Source: Octopus sinensis (Eukaryota). From it: a stretch of DNA of 64,000 bases. This document shows, one piece after another, positions 49,365-61,139 of this stretch; position 1 is the stretch's first letter; the number at the start of each line of letters is the position of its first letter. The notes beneath the pieces were generated by a model. That model searched no databases and had not been told where the DNA came from. It saw nothing but the letters and a program-made list of their open reading frames with translations. Location: the NCBI RefSeq assembly GCF_006345805.1, contig NC_042997.1, forward strand, positions 207,948,001 to 208,012,000. Direction: 5' to 3'. The translations under genes and the position numbers were made by a program.

Positions 49365-50230
49365 GGTAAATGAATAAAAAGAAAGAGGTTTACACAGCAT
49401 ACACTGGGAAAGAGGACACACATGCATAGCATACAGAAGTACAAACAAAATGTGGGAGGGAGGATGATAAAAGATGTGGCCCACCTGATACAGGAATGCC
49501 TCTAGGAATAATTGAGGAACTCCACTGCCTGACATTTCCCTGAATCCCTATGAGCAAATCCCTTCTCCAATTCCTTCTCTCTGACTCGCAGGTCTACACT
49601 TAGAGAGGTACCATCCACTCTTGCCATTTTTGCAACTTTCACCCACCTTTCAATAAACACACTCGAGGACAGCACTTCCCTCTTCACTCTCAATTTCCTT
49701 TTCAAGTGAAACTTGAGGAAGTCAATGAGAGCTCTGCCAAAGAGGAATGGATCTGTCCTCGGGCCTTTCAGCCTTGTCCACCAAACAACCTCTTTTGCCA
49801 TAGCCACCAGGCAAAGGAAAACTGCCTTGCCTACTTGATTGAAGGAGGACGGTAGTGCAATCATCACTACAGACTCGGCTGACAGATGGATCCGTCCCAC
49901 ACGTTACAGCAGCTGTTCAACATAACTCCACAAGTCAGCAATGCCTGGACACTAAACAAGAGCATGCAAAATGGTTTCGTCACTCTTCATGCACCTCGGA
50001 CAAGCCCGTCTGACAGCACATCCATGCCAGTAGAGCTTGTCTCGAACCAGCATTCCCCCATAGCACTGCCAAGGCAAGGACATCTGGAAATTGTCCACAG
50101 CTCTTCTCCCTGATGGAGCTGCAATCATGGGTGAAGAAAAAACCGAGACTGGGCACCAGGCACTTAGAATGTCTTCAGGAGCTCACAGCCTTCTACCAGT
50201 TGGGTAATGGGGGTCAGTGGATGTTCTGCT
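49250..50230 (-). mobile_element. Tx1/L1-like LINE 3' fragment
   Basis: CCHC-like RACPRCMKSDETILHALV*CP, then AKEVVWWTR..FLKFHLKRKLRV..FIERW; 3' UTR ends AATAAATGAAATCATC. Confidence 0.7.
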
Positions 50231-50306
50231 TTAGAAATCTACAGAGGATTAATATCAGGGAAGTGTGATGATGTTCTCGGGGAAACTCTGAGCATTGATG
50301 AGAATC

Positions 50307-50372
<66 letters not shown>

Positions 50373-51466
50373 AATAATAATGATAATAATAATAATGATA
50401 ATAATAATAATAATAAGGACATGACAGGAAGGCGGCTGGATGTGACAGAGGATGGACGTATTTTTCCGATGCTCTGAACTGGCAACAGCTAACCCAGCAG
50501 GACAACTGAAAAAAGCAACTGTAGAAAACTGGAAGATCTACTGTTTTCTGTGAGTAATTTGAATTTCCCTCAAAATAAGTTAAGGAACTTACATATCTAC
50601 AGCTCATACAAACGAACACCTAACAAGAAAAATTAGAAACATAAATATCTCCAATTTTGTGTGAACATTTAGTTGTCTCTCATGACTATAAGAATGTGTA
50701 AAATTGCCTTTTAAATTGCCTTTTATTGTAACAACACAATTAAATGCACGATAAACAATTATGGAAGTAAGCACCTGCTAATATATACATACAACTGAAT
50801 CCAGAAATTTTAAAAATATATACATAACATTGAATTCAGAAATTTTTTAAAAAATCATCAAAGTAAACATCAGATAATATGTGTGTGTGAGTATACACAT
50901 ACATATACATATGTATGTGGAAAGGAAGAAAAGAGAAAGGAAAAAAAAATAAATGTAAACATGTTTGTCCTTTTACTGACCATTAATGTCCTTTGTCTTC
51001 ACCATCTGCTGAATCTATTTATAGACCCATAGAACATGACCTCTTTAACCAACCATTCCCCCACACAATGGCAGTAGTGGTGATGATGGTGGCTGTGACT
51101 ACACATAAAACAATATCATTGATGATGATGATGGTGATGTTGATGATGATGATGATGATGATGATGGTGGTGGTGAAGGTCATAGTAATAACAATAATAA
51201 CTGACAGATCCCTTTTTTTTCTTTTCTTTCTCCGTATTTTATTCTCATTATTTCGAACTAATACAGGTAGAGTGAGCCTTTTATAGGTTTAAAAGAGGAA
51301 GGGAAAAGCAGGAAGGAAAAAGGGGAAGAAGGAGATAGAGAGAAAGAGAGAGGAAAAAAGGAAGAGAAGGAGGGAAAAAAATGTTCAGAGATAAAACTAC
51401 CAACAAAAACAAAATACAGACGAATACAGATCTGCTAGCCTTAAGAAGCTGCGCTACGAGCAATGC

Positions 51467-54400
51467 TTGCATGTAGAGAACCCTAAACTGATAGATCCAT
51501 CTCCTAATATAAGAATCGAAGCTCATCATGCTTCAATGTCAACAAATCAAACAATAAACCGCATTGGTCGTCACACGGATTACAAAAGACCATGTACCCG
51601 AAAATTGAACCAAATTCTGATTGAAAAATCAGCTACTGGATCAAATCTTCCCAACACACAGGAGCTGGACGAACCCCACAACCGGAATATTCCAACAGAT
51701 GGCCATCCATGCTCATCACCAAATAATCAAAAGAAAAAGAAGGAAAAATGGTCTCGGGAAGATAAAGAAGTTCTTGAGGCCTTCTACCATGCCATATGTT
51801 TCCCCACAGATAAATCGAACACTATACAAACATACTTAAACTGGAGACAGAAACACCTTGAAGTAAGACCCTACATAGACAGGAACAAACTTGCCAACGT
51901 CAGAAGAAATATTATAAAGAAAAAATACTGACTGAAGTAGAGATTGATCAAATTAGACAAGCAATATCGGATAAAATGAACGAAGCTGCAGCTAGAGAAG
52001 ATAATACAGAGGAAATAATTATAGACCAGCCCAGGGCTGATAAAAACGAAGTAAGGATTGAAAGAGTTAGTATAAGTGATAGGCAAAGTGAAATACTCCC
52101 TGAACCAATCATAAACACTAAGACAGATGAGCATCAAATAGATGAAGAAAGTCACACAAATATTGACCCAACAGAACTACATGAGCTAAAAAATCAAATC
52201 ATGATTGAATGGCTGAAAAGTAAAGAAACCAGCATGGATGAACGTGATACACTCCCTAAAATCTGCAACTCTAACCAAAACATGAAAATAATTGGTAAAA
52301 TCCGGCTTGCACTTAAGGATATAATTTAAGCTGATGATGTTGATATTACAGGATCTCAACCACCTGTACTATGCATCCGCAAAAATCTCAACGATCCTAT
52401 GTGGTGTAAAGGTTAGAAAACGGCAACATTCCCACAAAAAGCCTTCTTGGCAAGAGTGTCTGCAACATCAAATTAAACTATTTAGATCTGACACTGAATA
52501 TTTGAAAAACCTTAAGGCTCACAAGACTACCAAACCTACAAAAACCCCAAAATTGCTGAAAAAATACAATATGAAAACTATACTTGATATTGATGCCACC
52601 ATAGAAACCATCAAGCAAAAGCTATCTGCTAAAGTTGCCCGCATAGCGAGGTATGAAAAGCGTGTTAGATTTTTCAAGGACAACATGTTCAAAAATAACC
52701 CCAAGAATTTTTACAGGAAGATAGGAAAAACAGTGTTTACTGCAAGGTCTGTACCATCAAAAGAAGAAGTTTATTTGGGAATAAAATTTGGGCAGAAGAA
52801 AAAACGCACAACGAAAAGGCCCCCTGGATTGACAGAATATCTACAGAACTGGACCCCTTAGAAGAGCAAAAGTGGGAGGGTGTCAAGGTAGAAGATATAA
52901 GATCTGCTCTCAGGAGGTCAAGCAAATGGAAGTCTCCAGGAAAGGATAAAATTCCTAACTTCTGGCTGAATGCCTTCCCAGAGAGCCATGAACTGCTAAC
53001 AGAACTGTACAATGATGTTTTGCAACACCCTAGTAGGATGCCTCCTTGGCTAGTTAATGGGTTAACATTCCTGCTTCCAAAAAGTGAAGAAATAAATGAA
53101 CCAAAAAACTATAGACCCATAACCTGCTTAACAACTATGTACAAAACACTAACATCTGTCCTGATGGAATATACTTATAGTTTCTTAACAGACAGCAGCA
53201 TATTCCCTAATGAACAGAAAGGATGTAAACGTGGATCCTACGGCTGTAAAGATCAACTACTCATCAATAAGGTGATCTTAGAAGATTGCCACAAACGACA
53301 CAAAAACTTATCAATAGCCTGGATAGACTATAAAAAGGCTTTTGATAGCCTACCACATAGCTGGATTAGGAAATGCCTGGAAATGTATAAGATAGCACCT
53401 ACTCTGCAAAACTTTTTGACTGTAAGTATGAGATCATGGAGAACCACACTAACTTTGAACAGTCACAATGAATCTCTAAATGCTGGTGATGTAAACATTT
53501 CATGTGGCATTTTCCAGGGTGACTCACTGTCACCACTCCTCTTTTGTTTAGCCTTAATACCTCTCTCAAAACTGCTCAATGATGCACAGTACGGGTATAA
53601 AATGTTTGATAAAAATATAAATCATCTCATTTACATGGATGATTTAAAGCTTTTTGCAAAAAATGACCGAAAACTTAAGGGCTTACTAACGATAGTCAAA
53701 CAATTCAGTGACGACATCAGAATGCAATTCGGCCTCGATAAATGTGCAAAAGCTACCTTTATCAAAGGAAAAATGACAGAAACATCTAACGTTAACCTTG
53801 ACCAGCAGAATATCATAAAAGAACTAGACCCAGCGGAGAGCTACAAGTACCTAGGGGTAATTGAAGGGAACGGAATAAGGCATTCAGAGATGAAGGAAAG
53901 GATCAGGAGAGAATGCTATCGAAGAGTGAGAGCAATACTCAAGACAGAGCTGAATGCAAGAAATAGGATCGAAGCGATCAATGCATTAGCCATACCAGTC
54001 GTGACTTACAGTTTCAATATCGTTAACTGGTCAATTACTGAAATATGTCAGCTCGACAGAAAAATAAGAAAACTGTTGACAATGCATAGAATGCACCACC
54101 CTAAGGCAGATACAGAACGACTTTATCTGCCAAGAAAAGAGGAAGGCCGTGGTCTTTTGCAACTGGCAATAACAATGAAGATTGCTACAATTGGCCTAGA
54201 CACCTACCTGAAAAACTCTGGGGACTGGATGTTAAAACTTGTCTCGAAACATGAAAACAAGAAAGCATCATACTCAGTAACAAAACAGGCAAAAGAATAT
54301 CTAAGTGAATTCCGAATACAACCAATTTTGGAATTAGAGATAGACATACAAGAAACAAGCACAGAAAAAGCTAAATGCATTAAAACGCGTGCTAAAACTG

Positions 54401-55366
54401 CTGCCTTAGATATTCTGAATAATAAATGGCAAGAAAAACCTCTCTATGGCAAATACCCAAAGAGAGCGAATGCCCTGACCCATAAATGGCTAATGGCCTC
54501 TGGCTTAAAATCTGAAACAGAAGGGTTTATCATAGCAGCTCAAGATCAATGCCTACCAACAAGAAACTACCAGGCCAACATATTAAAGAACAGCAGTAGT
54601 CCTCCAACATGTCATATATGTCAACAACAAAATGAAACCATTGATCATGTTGTCTCCAAATGCAGTCTTCTAGCGCCTACAGAGTACCTCAACAGGCATG
54701 ATAGAGCTGCACAATATATTCACTGGGTAATTTGCAAAAACCTGGATTTGCCCCATGAAAAAAACTGGTGGAACACAATCCACCTCCAGTGCTTGAAAAT
54801 GACCACATCTCACTCCTCTGAACTTCACCATCCAAACTGACAGAAAGATAGATGCAATAAGCCAGACATCATATTGAAAGACTTCAGACAAAGAACATGC
54901 CTCCTCATTGATATGACTGTCCCAATCGAAATAAATGTATCTATCAAGACCTACCAAAAACTGAGCAAATATAAAGATCTTGAAATAGAAATCAGCAAAA
55001 TGTGGAACCTGAAGACTAAAACAATACCTGTTGTCATAGGTGCCCTGGGAATGATAGCGAAAGGGGCTGATTGCTACCTAACTCAGATACCAGGAAACCC
55101 CAAAATGGCAGAAATTCAAAAGATAGTGCTCATGGGAACTGCTCATATCCTACGCAAAATACTCTCTATGTAATCCCAAGGTTTAAAACAAACTTTTTTT
55201 TTTTCTAAGTTTATGTATTAGACATTCACTAGTACAACACCAAAAAACCCCCAAAATATATGGCACACTAGGCATAACAACGTGAACTTCCAACCTGTTG
55301 TCTCTTGAGGTCTCTGGGTGAGACTTGGAGCCAACTTGTACAGACATAAAGCAAAAGTCAAACATA

Positions 55367-55427
<61 letters not shown>
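51467..55427 (+). mobile_element. Near full-length R4/Dong-like LINE, frameshifted, with (AAT)n tail
   Basis: N-terminal KWSRE; RT motifs NYRPITCL, QKGCKRGSYGCKDQL, WIDYKKAFDS, GIFQGDSLSP, YMDDLK; zinc finger CHICQQQNETIDHVVSKC; RHD; PD..D endonuclease. The 5' end is approximate. Confidence 0.93.
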
Positions 55428-55428
<1 letters not shown>

Positions 55429-56639
55429 TTGAAGAGTGCCAGCATTGACAGTGGTTGGACATGTTCTTGCTTCTCTGACCAGTCAGCAACTGAAGACACA
55501 GAATTACACTAATACAAGTCAGATGGACAACTGAAAAATAACTCTTAAAGACTGGAATATCCACAGATTCCTATGAGTATTTTAAATTTCCCTCAAAATG
55601 AGAAACTTACATATCTAAAGTCTTCCAAGGCACAAATGATCAGCTTTAAAATCTTTAATATCTACAACTTCTGTGAATACCTATCTTTTCCTTTCTTCCT
55701 GAGTATTCGAAAATGTAAACATCCTCTTTATTCTAAGAACGTTACAGTTTTCTCTGTTCAGACCTACGGACAAATATCTCTAAAAAATTTAGAAACTTTA
55801 ATATCTGCAATTTTATGTGAAAATTTGATCTTTCATTTTTCCCTGACCACCCGAATATGTAAATATACATTTCACTGTAACAACACAATTAAATGCATGA
55901 TAAAAAACAAAAAAATCAAGAAGGTAATCACCTGCCAATATATACAAACTGCACAATTACAAAAACTGTAAACCACAGGAAAACTTATAAAACAAAAATA
56001 AAAATAAAAAAATAAAAATTCAGAAATTCAAGGAGGTGAACAGCAGTATATCTATATCTATATCTATATATATATCTATATATATATATATATAATTACT
56101 TAGAAATAAAACAAGGTGAATTGGTTCTTTTCAAGGCCAAGGTCAGCGCTCTCATTGATCGCTAGTAGTAGTAAACACATTTGACCTCTGCAGCCCCCAA
56201 AGGTGTGAGGCTGCTTTTGTCTCTTTATGACACAGGAATGCCCATTGCTCATCTCTTCACCATCTGCCGAATGTATTTACAGACTTGTAGAATTTAATCT
56301 CTTCACCAAGCTGTCTCCCTTGCTCCTACTATTCCCTTAAACACTCACATATTTATGATCATCTCAAGTACAAGACAAAAGTTGAAACTAAAAAGCATTC
56401 AATAATACCTTTTAATAATAAATAGAATTAATAATAATGATGGTAATAATGATAATAATAATAATAATTTAGCCAAAACTCATGGCTGATCAGAGGAAAT
56501 ATTAACAATGACAAATATTAGTAAAAAAAATGAAAATAATAATAATAATAACAAAAGGGAGTGGTTGGAATCTCCGTATGCTCTGATTGATGATGCATCT
56601 AGTGATGATGTCACAATAAAAACACTGGTAATTGCGTAA

Positions 56640-57230
56640 CCTGATAATGGCCACCTCAGATGAGTGGCAACAAAAAAACAAAAAATATTGGGAATAACGG
56701 TGGGAAAGAAACTGAAGCCCTTGATGGTGACAGTGTTACACCCGGCAGGCTCAGAGATTCTGGTCCGACTCCAGCCTGTTGTTACCTAGGAAAGGACCAG
56801 CACACACGGCGTAGATGGAACAAACATGTCAATGTTATGGTTAAAGAGTTTTACTACCTGAACAACGCCATAGACGAAAATGGTGTTCATCTTAGGGGAT
56901 ACCGACAACGTATGTATGATCAATGGAGAAAAAGAGGATTGTTTCAACTCACGGAACTGAGATTATGTGATTAAGCTAGAGTAATAAAAAAAATCGTTGG
57001 TTCACAGTAGAGCTCGAAGCTCTCAAAAGATGGGTGTTGGAAAATAGCAGCCGAGGAAATGATGAAAATACAGTTCTTACTGATAAAAGTAATTTCATAG
57101 CAGAAAACAGAGGTGAGATCTCTAATAAACCACTGGAAAGGAACAGTGATAGCTTGCTCAATGAGAGACATATACAGGGGTTGGACAAAGTAATGGAAAC
57201 ACCTAGTATCATAGCATCAAAATTTTGAAA
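56640..57230 (+). mobile_element. 5' fragment of another R4/Dong-like element
   Basis: RRRWNKHVNVMVKEFYY..GYRQRMYDQW..TELRLCD*ARVIKK..WFT pattern; follows (AAT)-rich sequence. Confidence 0.65.
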
Positions 57231-57363
57231 TATCTATAAAACTATTAAAAGCTTGTTTATTTTTATGTTTTTTATATTTATTATTAGTGTTACTTAATAT
57301 GTTTTGCTAAAATTGCTGTTTCTTTTCAGATATCATTAGAAAAGGGAATTAAAATTCATTAAA

Positions 57364-57790
57364 ATGACAGATCTATCGAACTTACAAAGTGGTCAAATTG
57401 TTGGTGCTTGTATGGCAGGCACTAGCATAATGAAAACAGCCAAAATATTTGGTGTGTCAATAAGTACTGTCTCGAAAGTAATGACAGCCTTTGAGAAAGA
57501 GAGAAAATCTCCTCATTGAAACAAAACTTCAGAAGAAAACCAAAACTTTCAGATAGGGACTGTTGCACTCTTATGTGAATTGTTAGAAAGGATCACAGAA
57601 GTACAGCTCTCCGAATTACTGCCGAGCTTAATGACCACCTCCAGAACCCGGTTTCCACAAAAACTGTTTACAGGGAGCTGTACAAAGCCAGATTTCACAT
57701 GCGGGCTGCAATCAGAAAGCCACTCCTTTCAAAAACAAACATTGCAAAGCATTTAAAGAGGTGTAAAATCCTATGGAACTGGTCCCTAGA
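57364..57790 (+). mobile_element. Tc1 transposase N-terminal (DNA-binding) remnant
   Basis: MTDLSNLQSGQIVGACMAGTSIMKTAKIFGVSISTVSKVM...VSTKTVYREL...AAIRKPLL...WSLEQW. Confidence 0.85.
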
Positions 57791-57804
57791 GCAATGGAAT
57801 GTAT

Positions 57805-57930
57805 CCAGGCTCAACAAAATCCCCAACTTCTGGTTAAAATACCTAAGAGGAATACATAAAAAGTTGGCTGAGAAATTTAATGACATACTAGCAGAGCCAG
57901 AGACAAGGCCTGAATGACTCGCAAACGGGA
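57805..57930 (+). mobile_element. Short R4/Dong-like RT fragment
   Basis: KIPNFWLKYLRGIHKKLAEKFNDILAEPETRPE; highly similar to ~62865-62965. Confidence 0.75.
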
Positions 57931-58069
57931 TGGCATAATAACGATTCTGCTACCTTGAATGAATAATAATAAAAATGATGATAATAATAATAATAATAAT
58001 ACCCAAGGCACACAGAGCTGCGCTCGGTAGTGAAGTGAAAGCACGCTATAAAAATAAAACTACTGAATA

Positions 58070-58118
<49 letters not shown>

Positions 58119-58454
58119 TAATATAATAATAATAATGATAATAATAATAATAATAATAATAAAAATGATAATAATAATAATAATAATAAAATTAATAATA
58201 ATAATAATAAAATTAATAATAATAATAATAAAAATAATAAAATTAATAATAATAATAACAGAGTCAAAATTAAAAGAGTGTCTTCTTTTAATTATTTTGA
58301 CTCTCTATCTTAACCAAAATGAAGCAGACTGACAAAATTATTTTTTGAACCTGTTGAAGACACACAAGATGTTGAAATATCGTTCACTAGATAACAATGG
58401 CATTCGTCTTTTAATTTTGACCCTCTATCTTCAGGAGGAGTTACCTCAATCCTT

Positions 58455-58494
<40 letters not shown>

Positions 58495-58520
58495 TAATAA
58501 TAATAATAATGATAATAATT

Positions 58521-61118
58521 ATCATCATCATCATCATCATCATCATCGTTTAACGTCCGTTTTCCGCGCTAGCACGGGTTGGACGGTTCGACCGGGGTCT
58601 GGGAAGCCAGGGGCTGCACCAGGCTCCAGTCTGATCTGGCAGAGTTTCTACAGCTGGATGCCCTTCCTAACGCCAACCACTCCGCGAGTGTAGTGGGTAC
58701 TTTTTACGTGCCACCTGCACAGGTGCCAGGGGGGTCCGGAATCGGCCACAATTGGTTGGAGCTTTTAACGTGCCACCGGCACAAAAGCCAGCTAAGGCGG
58801 CGCTGGCAACGGCCATTTTTGGATGATGCTTTTTATGTGCCACCAGCACAGAAGCCAGTCGGGGCGGCGCTGGCATCGGCCACGTTCGGATGGTGCTTTT
58901 TATGTGCCACCGGCACAGGAGCCAGTCGGGGCGAAGCTGGCATCGGCCACGTTCAGATGGTGCTTTTTATGTGCCACTGGCACAGGAGCCAGTCGGGTCG
59001 GCGCTGGATGGTGCCAGTTGGGGTGCCAGTTGGGGCAGCACTGGCATCGGCCACGTTCGGATGGTGCTTTTTATGTGCCACCGGCACAGAAGCCAGTCGG
59101 GGCGGCGCTGGCATCGGCCACGTTCGGATGGTGCTTTTTATGTGCCACCGGCACAGGAGCAAGTCGGGTCAGCGCTGGCATCAGCCACGTTTGGATGGTG
59201 CTTTTTATGTGCCACCGGCACAGGAGCCAGTCGAGGCGGCGCTGGCATCGGCCACATTCGGATGGTGCTTTTTATGTGCCACTGGCACAGGAGCCAGTCG
59301 GGGCGGCGCTGGATGGTGCCAGTCGGGGCAGCGCTGGCATCGGCCACGTTCGGATGGTGCTTTTTATGTGCCACCGGCACAGAAGCCAGTCGGGGCGGCG
59401 CTGGCATCGGCCACGTTCGGATGGTGCTTTTTATGTGCCACCGGCACAGGAGCCAGTCGGGGCGAAGCTGGCATCGGCCACGTTCGGATGGTGCTTTTTA
59501 TGTGCCACTGGCACAGGAGCCAGTCGGGGCGGCGCTGGATGGTGCCAGTCGGGGTGCCAGTCGGGGCGGCGCTGGCATCGGCCACGTTTGGATGGTGCTT
59601 TTTATGTGCCACCAGCACAGAAGCCAGTCGGGGCGGCGCTGGCATCGGCCACATTCGGATGGTGCTTTTTATGTGCCACCGGCACAGGAGCAAGTCGGGT
59701 CAGCGCTGGCATCAGCCACGTTCGGATGGTGCTTTTTATGTGCCACCGGCACAGAAGCCAATCGGGGCGGCGCTGGCATCGGCCACGTTCGGATGGTGCT
59801 TTTTATGTGCCACCGGCACAGGAGCCAGTCGGGGCGAAGCTGGCATCGGCCACGTTCGGATGGTGCTTTTTATGTGCCACTGGCACAGGAGCCAGTCGGG
59901 GCGGCGCTGGATGGTGCCAGTCGGGATGCCAGTCGGGGCGGCGCTGGCATCGGCCACGTTTGGATGGTGCTTTTTATGTGCCACCAGCACAGAAGCCAGT
60001 CGGGGCGGCGCTGGCATCGGCCACATTCGGATGGTGCTTTTTATGTGCCACCGGCACAGGAGCAAGTCGTGTCAGCGCTGGCATCGGCCACGTTCGGATG
60101 GTGCTTTTTATGTGCCACCGGCACAGGAGCCAGTCGGGGCGGCGCTGGCATCGGCCACATTCGGATGGTGCTTTTTATGTGCCACTGGCACAGGAGCCAG
60201 TCGGGGCGGCGCTGGCATCGGCCACGTTTGGATGGTGCTTTTTTTGTGCCACCAGCACAGGAGCCAGTCGGGGCGGCGCTGGCTTCGGCCACTTTCGGAT
60301 GGTGGTTTTTTATGTGCCACCGGCACAGAAGCCAGTCGGGGCAGCGCTGGCATCGGCCACGTTTGGATGGTGCTTTTTATGTACCACCGGCACAGGAGCA
60401 AGTCAGGTCAGCGCTGGCATCGGCCACGTTCGGATGGTGCTTTTTATGTGCCACCGGCACAGATGCCAGTCAGGGTGAAACTGGCATCGGCCACGTTCGG
60501 ATGGTGCTTTTTATGTGCCACTGGCACAGGAGCCAGTCGGGGCGGCGCTGGATGGTGCCAGTCGGGGTGCCAGTCGGGGCAGCGCTGGCATCGGCCACGT
60601 TTGGATGGTGCCTTTTATGTCCCACCGGCACAGAAGCCAGTCGGGGCGGTGCTGGCATTGGCCACGTTCGGATGGTGCTTTTTATGTGCCACCGGCACAG
60701 GTATCACAACTACTATTTCCATTGATATTTATATTTATTTCGATGTTCATGTACTTGACTCAACAGGTCTCCTCAAGCACAGCGAGACGTTCCGGGATCC
60801 AAGGTACTTTGAATGGGCAGGGGGCTATGCAGAACTGGTGCAGGAAGCAGCCCGGGTCTTTGCAGTCACAGCATATCTCCAGAGATCTCGGTCCTTCACC
60901 ATTGCCTCAGTGAGGCCCAACGCTTTGAGGTCATGCTTGACTACCTCATCCCATGTCTTCCTGGGTCTACCTCTCCCCCTGATACCTTCAACTGTTTGGG
61001 AGTGGCACTTCTTCACACATCCCTCCTCATCCATCCACAGTACATGACCATACCATCACAAGCGTCGCTCTTGCACACCACATCTGATGCTTCTTATGTC
61101 CAGCATTTCTCTCAAGAG
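58521..61118 (-). mobile_element. 5'-truncated RTE LINE whose 3' UTR holds an expanded VNTR
   Basis: WYGHVLWMDEEGCVKKCHSQTVEGIRGRGRPRKTWDEVVKHDL...; 3' UTR; tail CCCGTGCTAGCGCGGAAAACGGACGTTAAACGATGATGAT. Confidence 0.88.
58850..60700. repeat. GC-rich 67-bp minisatellite with a 372-bp higher-order unit (5x67 + 37)
   Basis: Unit GGCGGCGCTGGCATCGGCCACGTTCGGATGGTGCTTTTTATGTGCCACCGGCACAGGAGCCAGTCGG; equivalent ORF starts at 59364, 59736 and 60108. Confidence 0.95.
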
Positions 61119-61139
61119 AACACCAGGGGATGTTTAACA

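Noticed and set aside
58259-58305. Imperfect inverted repeat AGAGTCAAAAT...ATTTTGACTCT
   Set aside because: Short, AT-rich, no TSD or other support for a MITE or terminator.
58579-61047. 822-, 611- and 551-aa ORFs
   Set aside because: The 67-bp repeat has no stop triplet on the + strand, so all three frames are open; it lies in a LINE 3' UTR.
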